Below are positions 18,465 to 27,522 of a stretch of DNA of 64,000 nucleotides, one piece after another. Position numbers and translations under genes: made by a program. This DNA comes from an uncultured Chloroflexia bacterium. Its GTDB lineage: Bacteria; Chloroflexota; Dehalococcoidia; UBA2979. The notes under the pieces are model-generated. The model saw only the letters and a list, made by a program, of their open reading frames with translations. It was not told the origin of the DNA and did not search any database. Each line of letters begins with the position of its first letter. The first letter of the stretch is position 1. The stretch is taken from NCBI GenBank assembly GCA_963728205.1, contig CAVSIV010000002.1, positions 96,001-160,000 on the forward strand, given 5' to 3'.

Positions 18465-20303
18465 CTACTCGGCGCGCCGCGTCACGAGGTGCCGGTCGAG
18501 GAAGGCGACGACGCGCCGCGCCATCTCCAGGCGGTTCGGCAGCAGCTGGATGCCGTGGCCTTCGCGCTCGAACAGCACGTACTCGACCACGCCCTCGTTG
18601 CGGCGCACGGTCTCCACGATCTGCTCCGACTCGCTCGGCGGAACGCGCGTGTCGTGGTCGCCCTGGATCACGAGCAGCGGCGTGCGGATGCGGTCCGCCC
18701 GGTGGATCGGGGAGATGGTCTCGAGGAACGCCGGGTCCTCGCCGTACTCGGCCGCGCGGTGCTTGCGACGCCACGGCCCGGTCTGCTCGAGGAAGGTGAC
18801 GAAGTTCGCGATGCCGAAGAGGTCGACGGCCGCCGCCCAGCGGTCGGGCGCTTCGGTGATGGCAGCCAGCGTCATGAAGCCACCGTACGACCCGCCCATC
18901 ACGCCGATCCGCGCCGGGTCGACGGCGCCGCTCGCGCTCAGCCAGTCGACGGCCGCGACGAGGTCGCGCACGGAATCCATGCGCAGCTCGACGTCGTCGG
19001 CGTGTGCGTACGCCTTCCCGTAGCCGGTCGACCCGCGGACGTTCGGGACGAGCAGCGCGACGGCGCCGGTGGCGAGCAGGTAGGCGGGGGCGGCGTAGCG
19101 GCCCCACAGCGCCGGGCGCGACTGGCTCTCCGGGCCGCCGTGCACGAGCACGAGGCACGGCAGGGGGCCGGCGGCGGCCGGCTGCGCGGGTCGGTAGAAG
19201 AACGCGGGGATCTCGCGGCCGTCGAAGGTGAGGTAGTGGACGAGTTCCGGCTCCGGGAGCGCGTCGTCGGGGACCCCGTGCGTGTCGCTCCGCGTCAGCT
19301 GCCGCAGCGCGCCGGCCGCGAGGTCGGCGAGCCATACGTCGGACGGAGCGCCGGCGCGCTCGAGCGCGAACGCGAGCGCCGCGCCGTCCGGCCGCCACGC
19401 GAGGCCCGCGAGGATGCCGCGCGGCAGCTCCGACAGCGCGAGGGGCGCGCCGAGGCGGCCGTCAGCGTCGACGGCGTACGCCTCGAGCCGCGAGTACCCG
19501 TCCTCGTTGACGAGCAGCGCCAGGCGGCGCCCGGAGGGGTCGAGCGCGAGCTCTTCGATATCCCAGTCGTAGGCGAGCAGCGTCTCGCGGCGCCCGGTCG
19601 CGAGGTCGATGCGCTGCAGCGCCGCGAAGTCGCGGCCCTCGTCGGTGAGCGCGAGGACGGCGCCGCCCGGATGGGCGTGCGCGAAGGACCACTTCGCGAT
19701 GCCGTCGTGCGCGGTGAGACAGCGCACCGGCGCGCTTCCGGCGAGGTCGACGAGGTAGAGGTCGTTGTCGCCGGCGGCCTCGAGGTTCGGACGCGTGACG
19801 AGGAGCGCGGTCGCGTCGGCGTTGAAGCGGCCGGCGGCGTTCATGCCGTCCTGCTCGACCACACATCGCTCCTCGCCGGTGTCGACGTCGACGACGTAGA
19901 CGTCGAAGAACCGGACGTCACGGCGGTTCGACGCGAACGAGTACAGCCGTCCGTCGGGCGACCAGGCGCCCGGGTTGTGGATGACGCGCGGTTCGGAGAG
20001 GAGCGTGCGCCCGCCGCGGCCGGAGCTCGGGACGAGGTGGAGCTGGTATTGCTCGTCGCCGCCGTCGTCGGCGACATAGAGGAGGTCGTCGCGGCCGGGC
20101 CGCCAGGATACGCCGTAGACGACGCCCTCGGTGTCGGTGACGGGGTGCGCGGGCGCGGCCGCCTCGCCGGCGTCCGCGACGACGAATGCCTGCGGCATGC
20201 CGGCGCGGTTGGAGAGGAAGGCGACGCTGCGGCCGTCCGGCGCGAACGTCGGTGTGGCCGCGCTCTCGACGCGGACGAAGTCTTCGACGGTGAAGCCGGG
20301 CAT
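18465..20303 (-). CDS. S9 family peptidase (acylaminoacyl/dipeptidyl peptidase-like)
   Basis: HGGPESQ, NVRGSTGYG, GGSYGG, DTRVP, EGHG. Confidence 0.92.
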   Translation of the reverse strand: MPGFTVEDFVRVESAATPTFAPDGRSVAFLSNRAGMPQAFVVADAGEAAAPAHPVTDTEGVVYGVSWRPGRDDLLYVADDGGDEQYQLHLVPSSGRGGRTLLSEPRVIHNPGAWSPDGRLYSFASNRRDVRFFDVYVVDVDTGEERCVVEQDGMNAAGRFNADATALLVTRPNLEAAGDNDLYLVDLAGSAPVRCLTAHDGIAKWSFAHAHPGGAVLALTDEGRDFAALQRIDLATGRRETLLAYDWDIEELALDPSGRRLALLVNEDGYSRLEAYAVDADGRLGAPLALSELPRGILAGLAWRPDGAALAFALERAGAPSDVWLADLAAGALRQLTRSDTHGVPDDALPEPELVHYLTFDGREIPAFFYRPAQPAAAGPLPCLVLVHGGPESQSRPALWGRYAAPAYLLATGAVALLVPNVRGSTGYGKAYAHADDVELRMDSVRDLVAAVDWLSASGAVDPARIGVMGGSYGGFMTLAAITEAPDRWAAAVDLFGIANFVTFLEQTGPWRRKHRAAEYGEDPAFLETISPIHRADRIRTPLLVIQGDHDTRVPPSESEQIVETVRRNEGVVEYVLFEREGHGIQLLPNRLEMARRVVAFLDRHLVTRRAE

Positions 20304-20357
20304 GGGACGCTCCTCGCACGCGACGGGCAGTATGCGCTTTCGGCGACAGCAGTCGCC

Positions 20358-20440
20358 CTCAAGCGGCGGCAGCATGCCGCCGATGCGAACGCGGCCGTTC
20401 GGCCGGTGCCAGCATCGGCGGCATGCTGCCGCCGCTTGAG
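20358..20440. repeat. REP-like palindrome, family B, perfect 29-bp inverted pair
   Basis: CTCAAGCGGCGGCAGCATGCCGCCGATGC / GCATCGGCGGCATGCTGCCGCCGCTTGAG. Confidence 0.8.
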
Positions 20441-20442
20441 CG

Positions 20443-21243
20443 TCAGTAGTGGATCGCGCGCGGCGCGCCGCCGCCGGCGGCGATCGCGTCGCCGTTGATC
20501 GCGATCGACTTCGGCGACGCCAGGAACGCGACCACCCACGCGATCTCGCGCGCGTCGACGAGGTGGCGGATAGAGTTCGCCTCCGCCAGCCGGCGTTCGA
20601 CCTGCTCCGGCGGCACGCCCTGCGCCGCCGCGCGGTCCGCGATCACGCGCGGCGTCGCCTCGGTGCGCGTGAGACCCGGGTGCACGACCGTCACCTGCAC
20701 GCCGTGCGGGCCCAGCTCGTCGGCGAGGTTCTTCGTCATCGCGGCCACCGCGACGTTGCGCATGCTGCCGATCGTCGAGCCGGACTGCCGCGCGGCCAGC
20801 CCCGAGACGTTGATGATGCGGCCCCAGCCGCGCGCCACCATGTGCGGCGCGACCTCGCGCGCGCAGCGCAGGTAGCCCATCACCTTCACGTTCATGTCGT
20901 CGAAGAACGCCGCGTCGGTGATCTCCGCGAGGCGCGGGACCGGCCCCTGTCCGCCGGCCTTCGCCGCGCAGTTCACGAGGATGTCGACCCCGCCGAGCGT
21001 CGCGACCACCTGCTCGACCATCGCGCGCACCGATGCCTCGTCCCCGGTGTCGGCGACGACCGGCACGACCCGCCGGCCGCTCTCGCGGGCGATCTCGGCG
21101 GCGGTCGCCTCGAGCGCCTCGCGCCCGCGCGCCGTCAGCGCGACGTCGGCGCCCTCGAGTGCCAGCTCGCGTGCGACGGCGCGGCCGATGCCGCGGCTGC
21201 CGCCGGTGACGATCGCGACGCGCCCGCCGAGTTCGAGATCCAT
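20443..21243 (-). CDS. SDR family oxidoreductase
   Basis: MDLELGGRVAIVTGGSRGIG, NCAA. Atypical active site (SMRN in place of YxxxK). Confidence 0.88.
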   Translation of the reverse strand: MDLELGGRVAIVTGGSRGIGRAVARELALEGADVALTARGREALEATAAEIARESGRRVVPVVADTGDEASVRAMVEQVVATLGGVDILVNCAAKAGGQGPVPRLAEITDAAFFDDMNVKVMGYLRCAREVAPHMVARGWGRIINVSGLAARQSGSTIGSMRNVAVAAMTKNLADELGPHGVQVTVVHPGLTRTEATPRVIADRAAAQGVPPEQVERRLAEANSIRHLVDAREIAWVVAFLASPKSIAINGDAIAAGGGAPRAIHY

Positions 21244-21365
21244 CGTGTGCTCCTCGCTGTGCCGGGGTTGGGCGGCGAGCGTAGCGGGCGGGAGATGGCT
21301 TACGGGGAACTCCGTACGGAGCAGTCCCGATTCACGCGGCACAGCGTCGTCCGCATGCTGGTCGC

Positions 21366-22979
21366 ATGGACGAGATGTCGATGGGGCAGCAGGACGAACC
21401 GGCAGGCGTGCTCGGCGAGCTCGAGGCGGCCGTCGCCTCGCACCTGGAGGCGCCCGCCGTGACGGGGCGCGGTCACGGCCGGCGGCCGCGTGGGCGGCTG
21501 GTCGGCGTCGTCAGCCTCGGCGGCGGCGGGACGGAGCCGGCGACGGTGCTGCTCGCGCACACGGCGCTCGCGGCGTCGCGCATGCTGCGCCGCCCGGCGC
21601 TGCTCCTCGACCTCACCGACAGCGTCGCCGCGCCCAGTCACGCGCGCGAGCTGCCCGGGCTCGCCGACCTCGTCGCGCAGCCGGGCCTGCTGGCGGCGCA
21701 CGACGCCTTCGCACGCGCCCGCGGCGCACACCTCGGCATCGCGCGTGTCGGGTCGGCCGCCGAGCCGGCCGCCGGCGCGGTCGTCGACATGCTCGCGGAA
21801 CTGACGCGCCGCTACGCGCTGGTCGTCGTGCACGTAACTCCGGCCGCGTCGGCGCGCGCGGCCGTCGCGCAGGTCGCCGACATGGTGATCGCCGCCGGGA
21901 CGGAGGCGGACGCCGCGATGCTGCGGCGCGGCCGCCTTCCCGCGGAGCGCGACGTGATCGTGCTGGCCGCGGGTCGCGCGGGCGCCAGCGAGGGCGACCG
22001 CCGCCGGCTCGAGGACGCCTGTCGCGCGAACGTGCTGCGCGTCGTGCCGGCGGGGGCGCTCTCGGTGGTGCGGGCCGACGGCGGGGCCGCCGATGCCCGC
22101 GAGCCGTGGCGCAGCGTCGACTGGCTCGCGCGCCACATGCTGCAGCGCAAGGTCGGGCTCGCGCTCGGCGCCGGCGCGACCGGCGGTTACGCGCACCTCG
22201 GCGTGCTCGCGGCGCTCGCCGCGCGGGGGCTGACCGTCGACTATCTTGCCGCGAGCGGCATCGGCGCGCCCGTTGCCGCGGGCACCGCGCTGGGCCTGTC
22301 GCCCGTCGACATCCGCAGGCACCTCGACGACGTGTTCCGGCTGCTCGCGAAGCCTCGCCTGCCCTGGGCGGCGCACGGCACCGGCGCCGCGCTCCACGAC
22401 GTATTCGCGCGCATGACGGCCGGCCGGGCGTTCGAAGACCTGCGCGCTGCGCTCGCGCTCGTCGCCACCGACCTCGACCGCGGCGCGAGCCGCGTGCTCG
22501 ACTCGGGACCGCTCGGCGACGCGATCCTCGCGAGCATGGCGATTCCCGCGGCGCTGCCGCCCGTCACGCGCGACGGACGCCGGCTCGTCGACGGCGGCGT
22601 GCTCGACCCGCTCCCCGCGGGCGTGCTCAGCGCGGCCGGCGCCGACGTGGTGATCGGCGTGCGCCTCGCCCCCGCCGCTTCGTCCCCCGCGCGCGACGCC
22701 GGCTGGCGCGACCGCCTCGGCGCGGCCGACGTGGAGCCGGCCGTGCGCGCGTTCGACCTGATGCAGGCGCGGCTTGCGCTGGCCGGCGCCGACGGCGTCG
22801 ATGTGCTCGTCGAGCCGGAGCTGCGCGGCGGCATGGCCCTGCGCGACCGGGATCACGGCGACGCGATGATCGCGGCGGGTCACGCCGCGACTGAGGCGGC
22901 GATGGGCCGCCTGCGCGCGCGCCTCGCGCTCGACGTCGCAGGCACGCTCGCCGCGACGCCGGACCGCGTCGCCGCCTGA
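21366..22979 (+). CDS. Patatin-like protein with N-terminal degenerate MinD/ParA-like domain
   Basis: LALGAGATGGYAHLGV, ASMAIP, LVDGG. The nucleophile elbow reads AASGIG. Confidence 0.75.
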   Translation: MDEMSMGQQDEPAGVLGELEAAVASHLEAPAVTGRGHGRRPRGRLVGVVSLGGGGTEPATVLLAHTALAASRMLRRPALLLDLTDSVAAPSHARELPGLADLVAQPGLLAAHDAFARARGAHLGIARVGSAAEPAAGAVVDMLAELTRRYALVVVHVTPAASARAAVAQVADMVIAAGTEADAAMLRRGRLPAERDVIVLAAGRAGASEGDRRRLEDACRANVLRVVPAGALSVVRADGGAADAREPWRSVDWLARHMLQRKVGLALGAGATGGYAHLGVLAALAARGLTVDYLAASGIGAPVAAGTALGLSPVDIRRHLDDVFRLLAKPRLPWAAHGTGAALHDVFARMTAGRAFEDLRAALALVATDLDRGASRVLDSGPLGDAILASMAIPAALPPVTRDGRRLVDGGVLDPLPAGVLSAAGADVVIGVRLAPAASSPARDAGWRDRLGAADVEPAVRAFDLMQARLALAGADGVDVLVEPELRGGMALRDRDHGDAMIAAGHAATEAAMGRLRARLALDVAGTLAATPDRVAA

Positions 22980-23042
22980 CGCACGACGCGCCCCCCGGCC
23001 GCCTGCTCGCACCACCGGTCCGCGTTCGCGCGACGGCTCGGC

Positions 23043-25766
23043 TCAGCCGCGCAACCGCTTGTGCGCCTCCACGACCGCAACCACCGTCAGCGACGTCGCC
23101 ACCATCAGCAGCCACTGTGCCGGCGTCGGCGGCTCGAAGCGCAGCACGTACTGCGTGAACGGCAGGTACAGCGCCGCGACGTGCAGGACGAGCACGGCGA
23201 GGGACCCGCCGAGCAGGAACCGGTTGGTCAGCGGCGACGTGGCGAACGCGGACCGCCGCTCCGAGCGCGCGTTGAACACGTGCAGCACCTGGAACAGCAC
23301 CATCGTCGTCAACGCGACCGTCTGCGCCTGCGCCAGCGTGGCGCCGGCGCGGTCGAGCTGCCAGAGGAAGAGCGCCAGCGTCGCGGCGCCCATCCAACCG
23401 CCTGCGACCACGAGGCGCTCGGTCAACAGGCGGGACAGCAGCCCCTCGCCGCGGGGACGCGGCGGCGCGCGCATCAACGCCGGGTCGCCCGGCTCGAACG
23501 CGAGTCCAATCCCCTGGACGCTGTCGGTCACCAGGTTGAGCCAGAGGATCTGCACGGGCGCAAAGGGCGGGTGGAAGCCAAACAGGATGCTGCTCACGAC
23601 CGCCACGACCTCCGCGACGCCCGACGAGATCAGGAAGAACGTCGCGTTGCGGACGTTCTGGAAGGCGAAGCGGCCCTCCTCGACGGCGGCGTAGACGCTC
23701 GCGAAGTTGTCGTCGGTGATGACGAGCTCCGCCGCCTCCTTTGCGACGTCGGTGCCGGAGCGGCCCATCGCGACCCCGACGTCGGCGGCCTTGAGCGCGG
23801 CCGCGTCGTTCACGCCGTCGCCGGTGACCGCGACGACGTCCCCGCGCGCCTGCAGCGCGCGCACGATGCGCAGCTTGTCGTCGGGCGTCACGCGCGCGTA
23901 GACGTCGGTGCGCCCCACGGCGTCGACGAGCGCGGCGTCGTCCATGCGCTCGAGCTCGGCGCCGGCGAGCGTGGCCGGGTGCGGGCCGCCGATGCCGAGG
24001 TCGCGCGCGATGGCGGCCGCCGTGGTGGCGTGGTCGCCGGTGATCATCACCACGCGGATCCCGGCGCGAGCGCATCCGGCCAGGGCCTCGCGCGCCTCCT
24101 CGCGCGGCGGGTCGAGCATGCCGAAGAAGCCGAGGAACTCCAGGTCGCGCAGCGCCTCGTGATCCTCCGTCGCGGCGCCCGCCGGGCCGAGGTCGCGCCG
24201 CGCGACGCCAATCACGCGCTGGCCCTGCTCCGCCAGGCGCGTTGCCTCGGCGGCGAGCGCCACGCGATCGAGGGCCGCGCACCCCGCGGCGCGCGTCGAA
24301 CGCGCGAGCACCGTCTCGGGCGCGCCGTTCACGAAGACGAAGTCGCGACCGTCGTGCGCGCAGAACGTCGCCGTGTAGCGCTGCTCGGCGTCGAACGGGA
24401 GCTCCCCCCAGCGCGGGTAGCGACGGGAGAGCGGCTCGACGTCCACGCCGGCCCGCGCGGCGGCGACGAGGAGGGCAATCTCGAGCGGGTCGCCGGTGCC
24501 GGCAATGGCCGGCGCCGGCCCCGGCTCGTCGCAATCGTCGCTCGCCCCGGCAAGCTCCAGCGAGGCGTGCGTGGCGAGAACGGCGGCCTCGAGCAGCGCG
24601 GCGAGCACGCCGGCGGTCGCGAGGTCCACCGGCGCCCCGGCGGCGTCGCGCACCCCGCCCGCGAGCGTGTCCGCCGGACCCTCCACGCGGTACGCCACGC
24701 CTCCGGCAGAGATCAATCGGACGGTCATCCGGTTCTCGGTGAGCGTGCCGGTCTTGTCGGAGCCGATCACCGTGCAGCTCCCGAGCGTCTCCGCGGCCGG
24801 CAGCTTGCGGATGATGACGTGCCGCCGTGCCATGCGCGCGACGCTCACCGCGAGCGCGACGGTCAGCGTGATCGGCAGCCCCTCCGGGATCGCCGACACC
24901 GCCAGCGTGATCAGCGTGAGGAAGAGCTGCTGCAGGTCGCCGCCCAGCGCGAGCCCGATCGCGAGCACCGCGGCGCCGAACACGAGCACGACGACGGCGA
25001 TCGCATTCGCGAGCCCCTCCATGCGGCGCTGCAGCGGCGTCTCGACGCGACCGATCGCGCCGAGCGACACCGAGACGCGCCCGAGTTCCGTGTCGCGCCC
25101 CGTCGCGACGACGACGGCGTGCGCGCGGCCGCGCGTGAGGGCGGTGCCGGTGTGCAGCATCGACGTGCGATCGGCGGTGGGCGTGGTGGCGGTCACGGCT
25201 ACGGCGCCCTTCGGCACGGGGGTCGACTCGCCCGTGAGCACGGACTCGTCGGCCTCGGCCCCGTGCGCGTCGAGCACGCGGGCGTCGGCGGGCACGCGCA
25301 TGCCGGCGTCGACCCGGATCACGTCGCCCGGCACCAGGGTCCTCGCGTCGACGTCGCGCTCGCGCCCTTCGCGCCTGACGCTCGCCATGGTGTGCGCGAG
25401 GCGCTGCAGCTGCGTGATCGAGCGCTCGGCGCGGTATTCCTGCAGGAATCCAACGGCGGCGTTGAAGACGAGGACGGCCGCGATCACGGCGGCGTCGACG
25501 TACTCGCCGACGACAATCGTGACCGCGCCGGCGACGAGCAGGATCGCGATCAGCGGGCTGCGGAACTGGCCGCCGAGCAGACGGAGGAGGTTGGAGCCGG
25601 GGGCCCCTGGAACGACGTTCGGACCGTACGTGGCGAACCGGCGGGCGGCTTCGTCGTCGGTGAGGCCGCCGGGGGAAGAGGCGAGCGTCGCCAGCGCGGC
25701 GTCGGGCTCCAGCGCCCACGGAGCAGGCGGCAGACCGACCGGCGGAGCATCCCGCGTGCGAGCCAT
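23043..25766 (-). CDS. Cation-transporting P-type ATPase (P2A, PacL/CtpF-like)
   Basis: TGES, PEGL, DKTGTLT, TGDH, GDGVND, WLNLVTD. NGAPE replaces the usual KGAPE. Confidence 0.93.
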   Translation of the reverse strand: MARTRDAPPVGLPPAPWALEPDAALATLASSPGGLTDDEAARRFATYGPNVVPGAPGSNLLRLLGGQFRSPLIAILLVAGAVTIVVGEYVDAAVIAAVLVFNAAVGFLQEYRAERSITQLQRLAHTMASVRREGRERDVDARTLVPGDVIRVDAGMRVPADARVLDAHGAEADESVLTGESTPVPKGAVAVTATTPTADRTSMLHTGTALTRGRAHAVVVATGRDTELGRVSVSLGAIGRVETPLQRRMEGLANAIAVVVLVFGAAVLAIGLALGGDLQQLFLTLITLAVSAIPEGLPITLTVALAVSVARMARRHVIIRKLPAAETLGSCTVIGSDKTGTLTENRMTVRLISAGGVAYRVEGPADTLAGGVRDAAGAPVDLATAGVLAALLEAAVLATHASLELAGASDDCDEPGPAPAIAGTGDPLEIALLVAAARAGVDVEPLSRRYPRWGELPFDAEQRYTATFCAHDGRDFVFVNGAPETVLARSTRAAGCAALDRVALAAEATRLAEQGQRVIGVARRDLGPAGAATEDHEALRDLEFLGFFGMLDPPREEAREALAGCARAGIRVVMITGDHATTAAAIARDLGIGGPHPATLAGAELERMDDAALVDAVGRTDVYARVTPDDKLRIVRALQARGDVVAVTGDGVNDAAALKAADVGVAMGRSGTDVAKEAAELVITDDNFASVYAAVEEGRFAFQNVRNATFFLISSGVAEVVAVVSSILFGFHPPFAPVQILWLNLVTDSVQGIGLAFEPGDPALMRAPPRPRGEGLLSRLLTERLVVAGGWMGAATLALFLWQLDRAGATLAQAQTVALTTMVLFQVLHVFNARSERRSAFATSPLTNRFLLGGSLAVLVLHVAALYLPFTQYVLRFEPPTPAQWLLMVATSLTVVAVVEAHKRLRG

Positions 25767-25932
25767 GCCGTGCCCCCTCTGGCGGATGGTAGGCGTGCGC
25801 GGGCCTCGAGAAACGGCCGGAACGTCCCGCCATCTGCGGGGCTCCCGACCACACGGACGGTGCGGTGCTGGCCACTCTCGATACAGTGAGATCAGGAACG
25901 GAATCGGGGTGCCGCCCCACCAAGGGTGAGCC

Positions 25933-27522
25933 ATGAGCAACACGCAGCCGACCATTTCGCGCGACGCGATCGACGCCGTCATTTTCGACATGGACGGCGT
26001 CATCACCGATACCGCGTCGCTGCACGCGGCCGCGTGGAAGCGCATGTTCGACGATTTCCTGCGCGCCCGCGCCGACGCGTCCGGCGAGCAGTTCCAGCCC
26101 TTCGACATCGAGACCGATTACCAGCGCTACGTCGACGGGAAGTCGCGGCTCGAAGGTTTGCGCTCGTTCCTCGAGGCGCGCGGCATCGACGTGCCCGATG
26201 GGGCGTCGCAGGATGACGCGGACCGGGAGACGATCCACGGCCTGGGCGCGCGCAAGAACGCGTACTTCCTGCGGTCGCTCGACGAGCACCCGCCGCGCGC
26301 CTTCGGCCGCGCGGTGGCGTGCCTGCGTGAGCTGCGCAGCCGCGGCTTCAGGACCGCCGTCGTGTCGGCGAGTCGCAACGCGAAGCAGGTGCTCGAAGCC
26401 GCTGAGGTGGCCGACCTCTTTGACGCGCGCGTCGACGGCGTCGTCGCCGACGCGCAGGGGCTCGCGAGCAAGCCCAATCCCGCGATCTTCGTCGAGGCCG
26501 CGCGGCGCGTGCGAACGCACGTCGAGCGCGCGGTCGTCGTCGAGGATGCCATCGCCGGCGTCGAGGCGGGCAAAGCCGGCGGCTTCGCGCTCGTCGTCGG
26601 CGTCGACCGCACCGGTCACGCCGAAGAGCTGCGCGAGCACGGCGCCGACGTCGTGGTCACCTCGCTCGAAGAGCTGCGCATCGAGGGCGGCGATGACCTG
26701 CGCGCGGCCCGCACGAACCGCATCTCCGAGCTGCCGTCGGCGCTCGACCGCTCCGACGAGGTCCGCGAGCGTATGGACGACCGCCCGCTGGCGCTCTTCC
26801 TCGACTTCGACGGCACCCTGAGCCCGATCGTCGCGCACCCCGGCGACGCGCAACTCGCCGACGGCAACCGCGAACGGCTCGAACAGCTGGCGCGGCGCAT
26901 GACCGTCGCGATCGTCAGCGGCCGCGACCTGCGCGACGTCGAGGAGCGCGTCGGCATCGGCGACTGCTACTACGCCGGCAGCCACGGCTTCGAGCTCTCC
27001 GGGCCGCAGGGGTGGCACCGCACGCACGAGGCCGGCGAGCGCTTCCTGCCGGAGCTCGACCGTGTCGAGCAGGAGCTGCGGTACGAGCTGAACTCGGTCG
27101 AGGGCGTCGTCGTGGAGCGCAAGCGCTTCGCCATCGCGGTGCACGACCGCCAGGCGTCGGACGACGACCTCGACCGCATTCACCAGGTCGTGCAGGACGC
27201 GGCCGATCGGCACCGCAAGCTGCGGCTGACGGGCGGCAAGCGCATCAACGAGCTGAGGCCGGACATCGACTGGGACAAGGGCCGGGCTGTGCTCTGGATG
27301 CGCCAGGGCCTCGGTCTCGACCGACACGACACGCTCACCGTCTACATCGGCGACGACCTGACCGACGAGGACGCCTTCCGCGCGGTGTCCGACGCCGGCG
27401 TCGGCTTCGGGATCGTGGTGGCGGACGAGGACCGCGACTCGGTCGCGACGTACTCGCTGCCCGACGTGGCGGGGGTCACGGCACTGCTCGACCGGCTGCT
27501 GGACTGGACCGACTCGTCGTGA
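25933..27522 (+). CDS. otsB: Beta-phosphoglucomutase-like HAD fused to trehalose-6-phosphate phosphatase
   Basis: N-terminal FDMDGV...VEDA; C-terminal LDFDGTL, SGR, GSHG, WDKG, GDDLTDEDAF. Confidence 0.88.
   Translation: MSNTQPTISRDAIDAVIFDMDGVITDTASLHAAAWKRMFDDFLRARADASGEQFQPFDIETDYQRYVDGKSRLEGLRSFLEARGIDVPDGASQDDADRETIHGLGARKNAYFLRSLDEHPPRAFGRAVACLRELRSRGFRTAVVSASRNAKQVLEAAEVADLFDARVDGVVADAQGLASKPNPAIFVEAARRVRTHVERAVVVEDAIAGVEAGKAGGFALVVGVDRTGHAEELREHGADVVVTSLEELRIEGGDDLRAARTNRISELPSALDRSDEVRERMDDRPLALFLDFDGTLSPIVAHPGDAQLADGNRERLEQLARRMTVAIVSGRDLRDVEERVGIGDCYYAGSHGFELSGPQGWHRTHEAGERFLPELDRVEQELRYELNSVEGVVVERKRFAIAVHDRQASDDDLDRIHQVVQDAADRHRKLRLTGGKRINELRPDIDWDKGRAVLWMRQGLGLDRHDTLTVYIGDDLTDEDAFRAVSDAGVGFGIVVADEDRDSVATYSLPDVAGVTALLDRLLDWTDSS

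Noticed and set aside
22627-27327. 1566-aa minus-strand ORF and many other long Arg/Ala/Pro-rich ORFs (e.g. 3889-5694, 28044-29894, 46427-48703)
   Set aside because: Off-frame or antisense shadows of well-supported genes in very GC-rich DNA, with no protein motifs.
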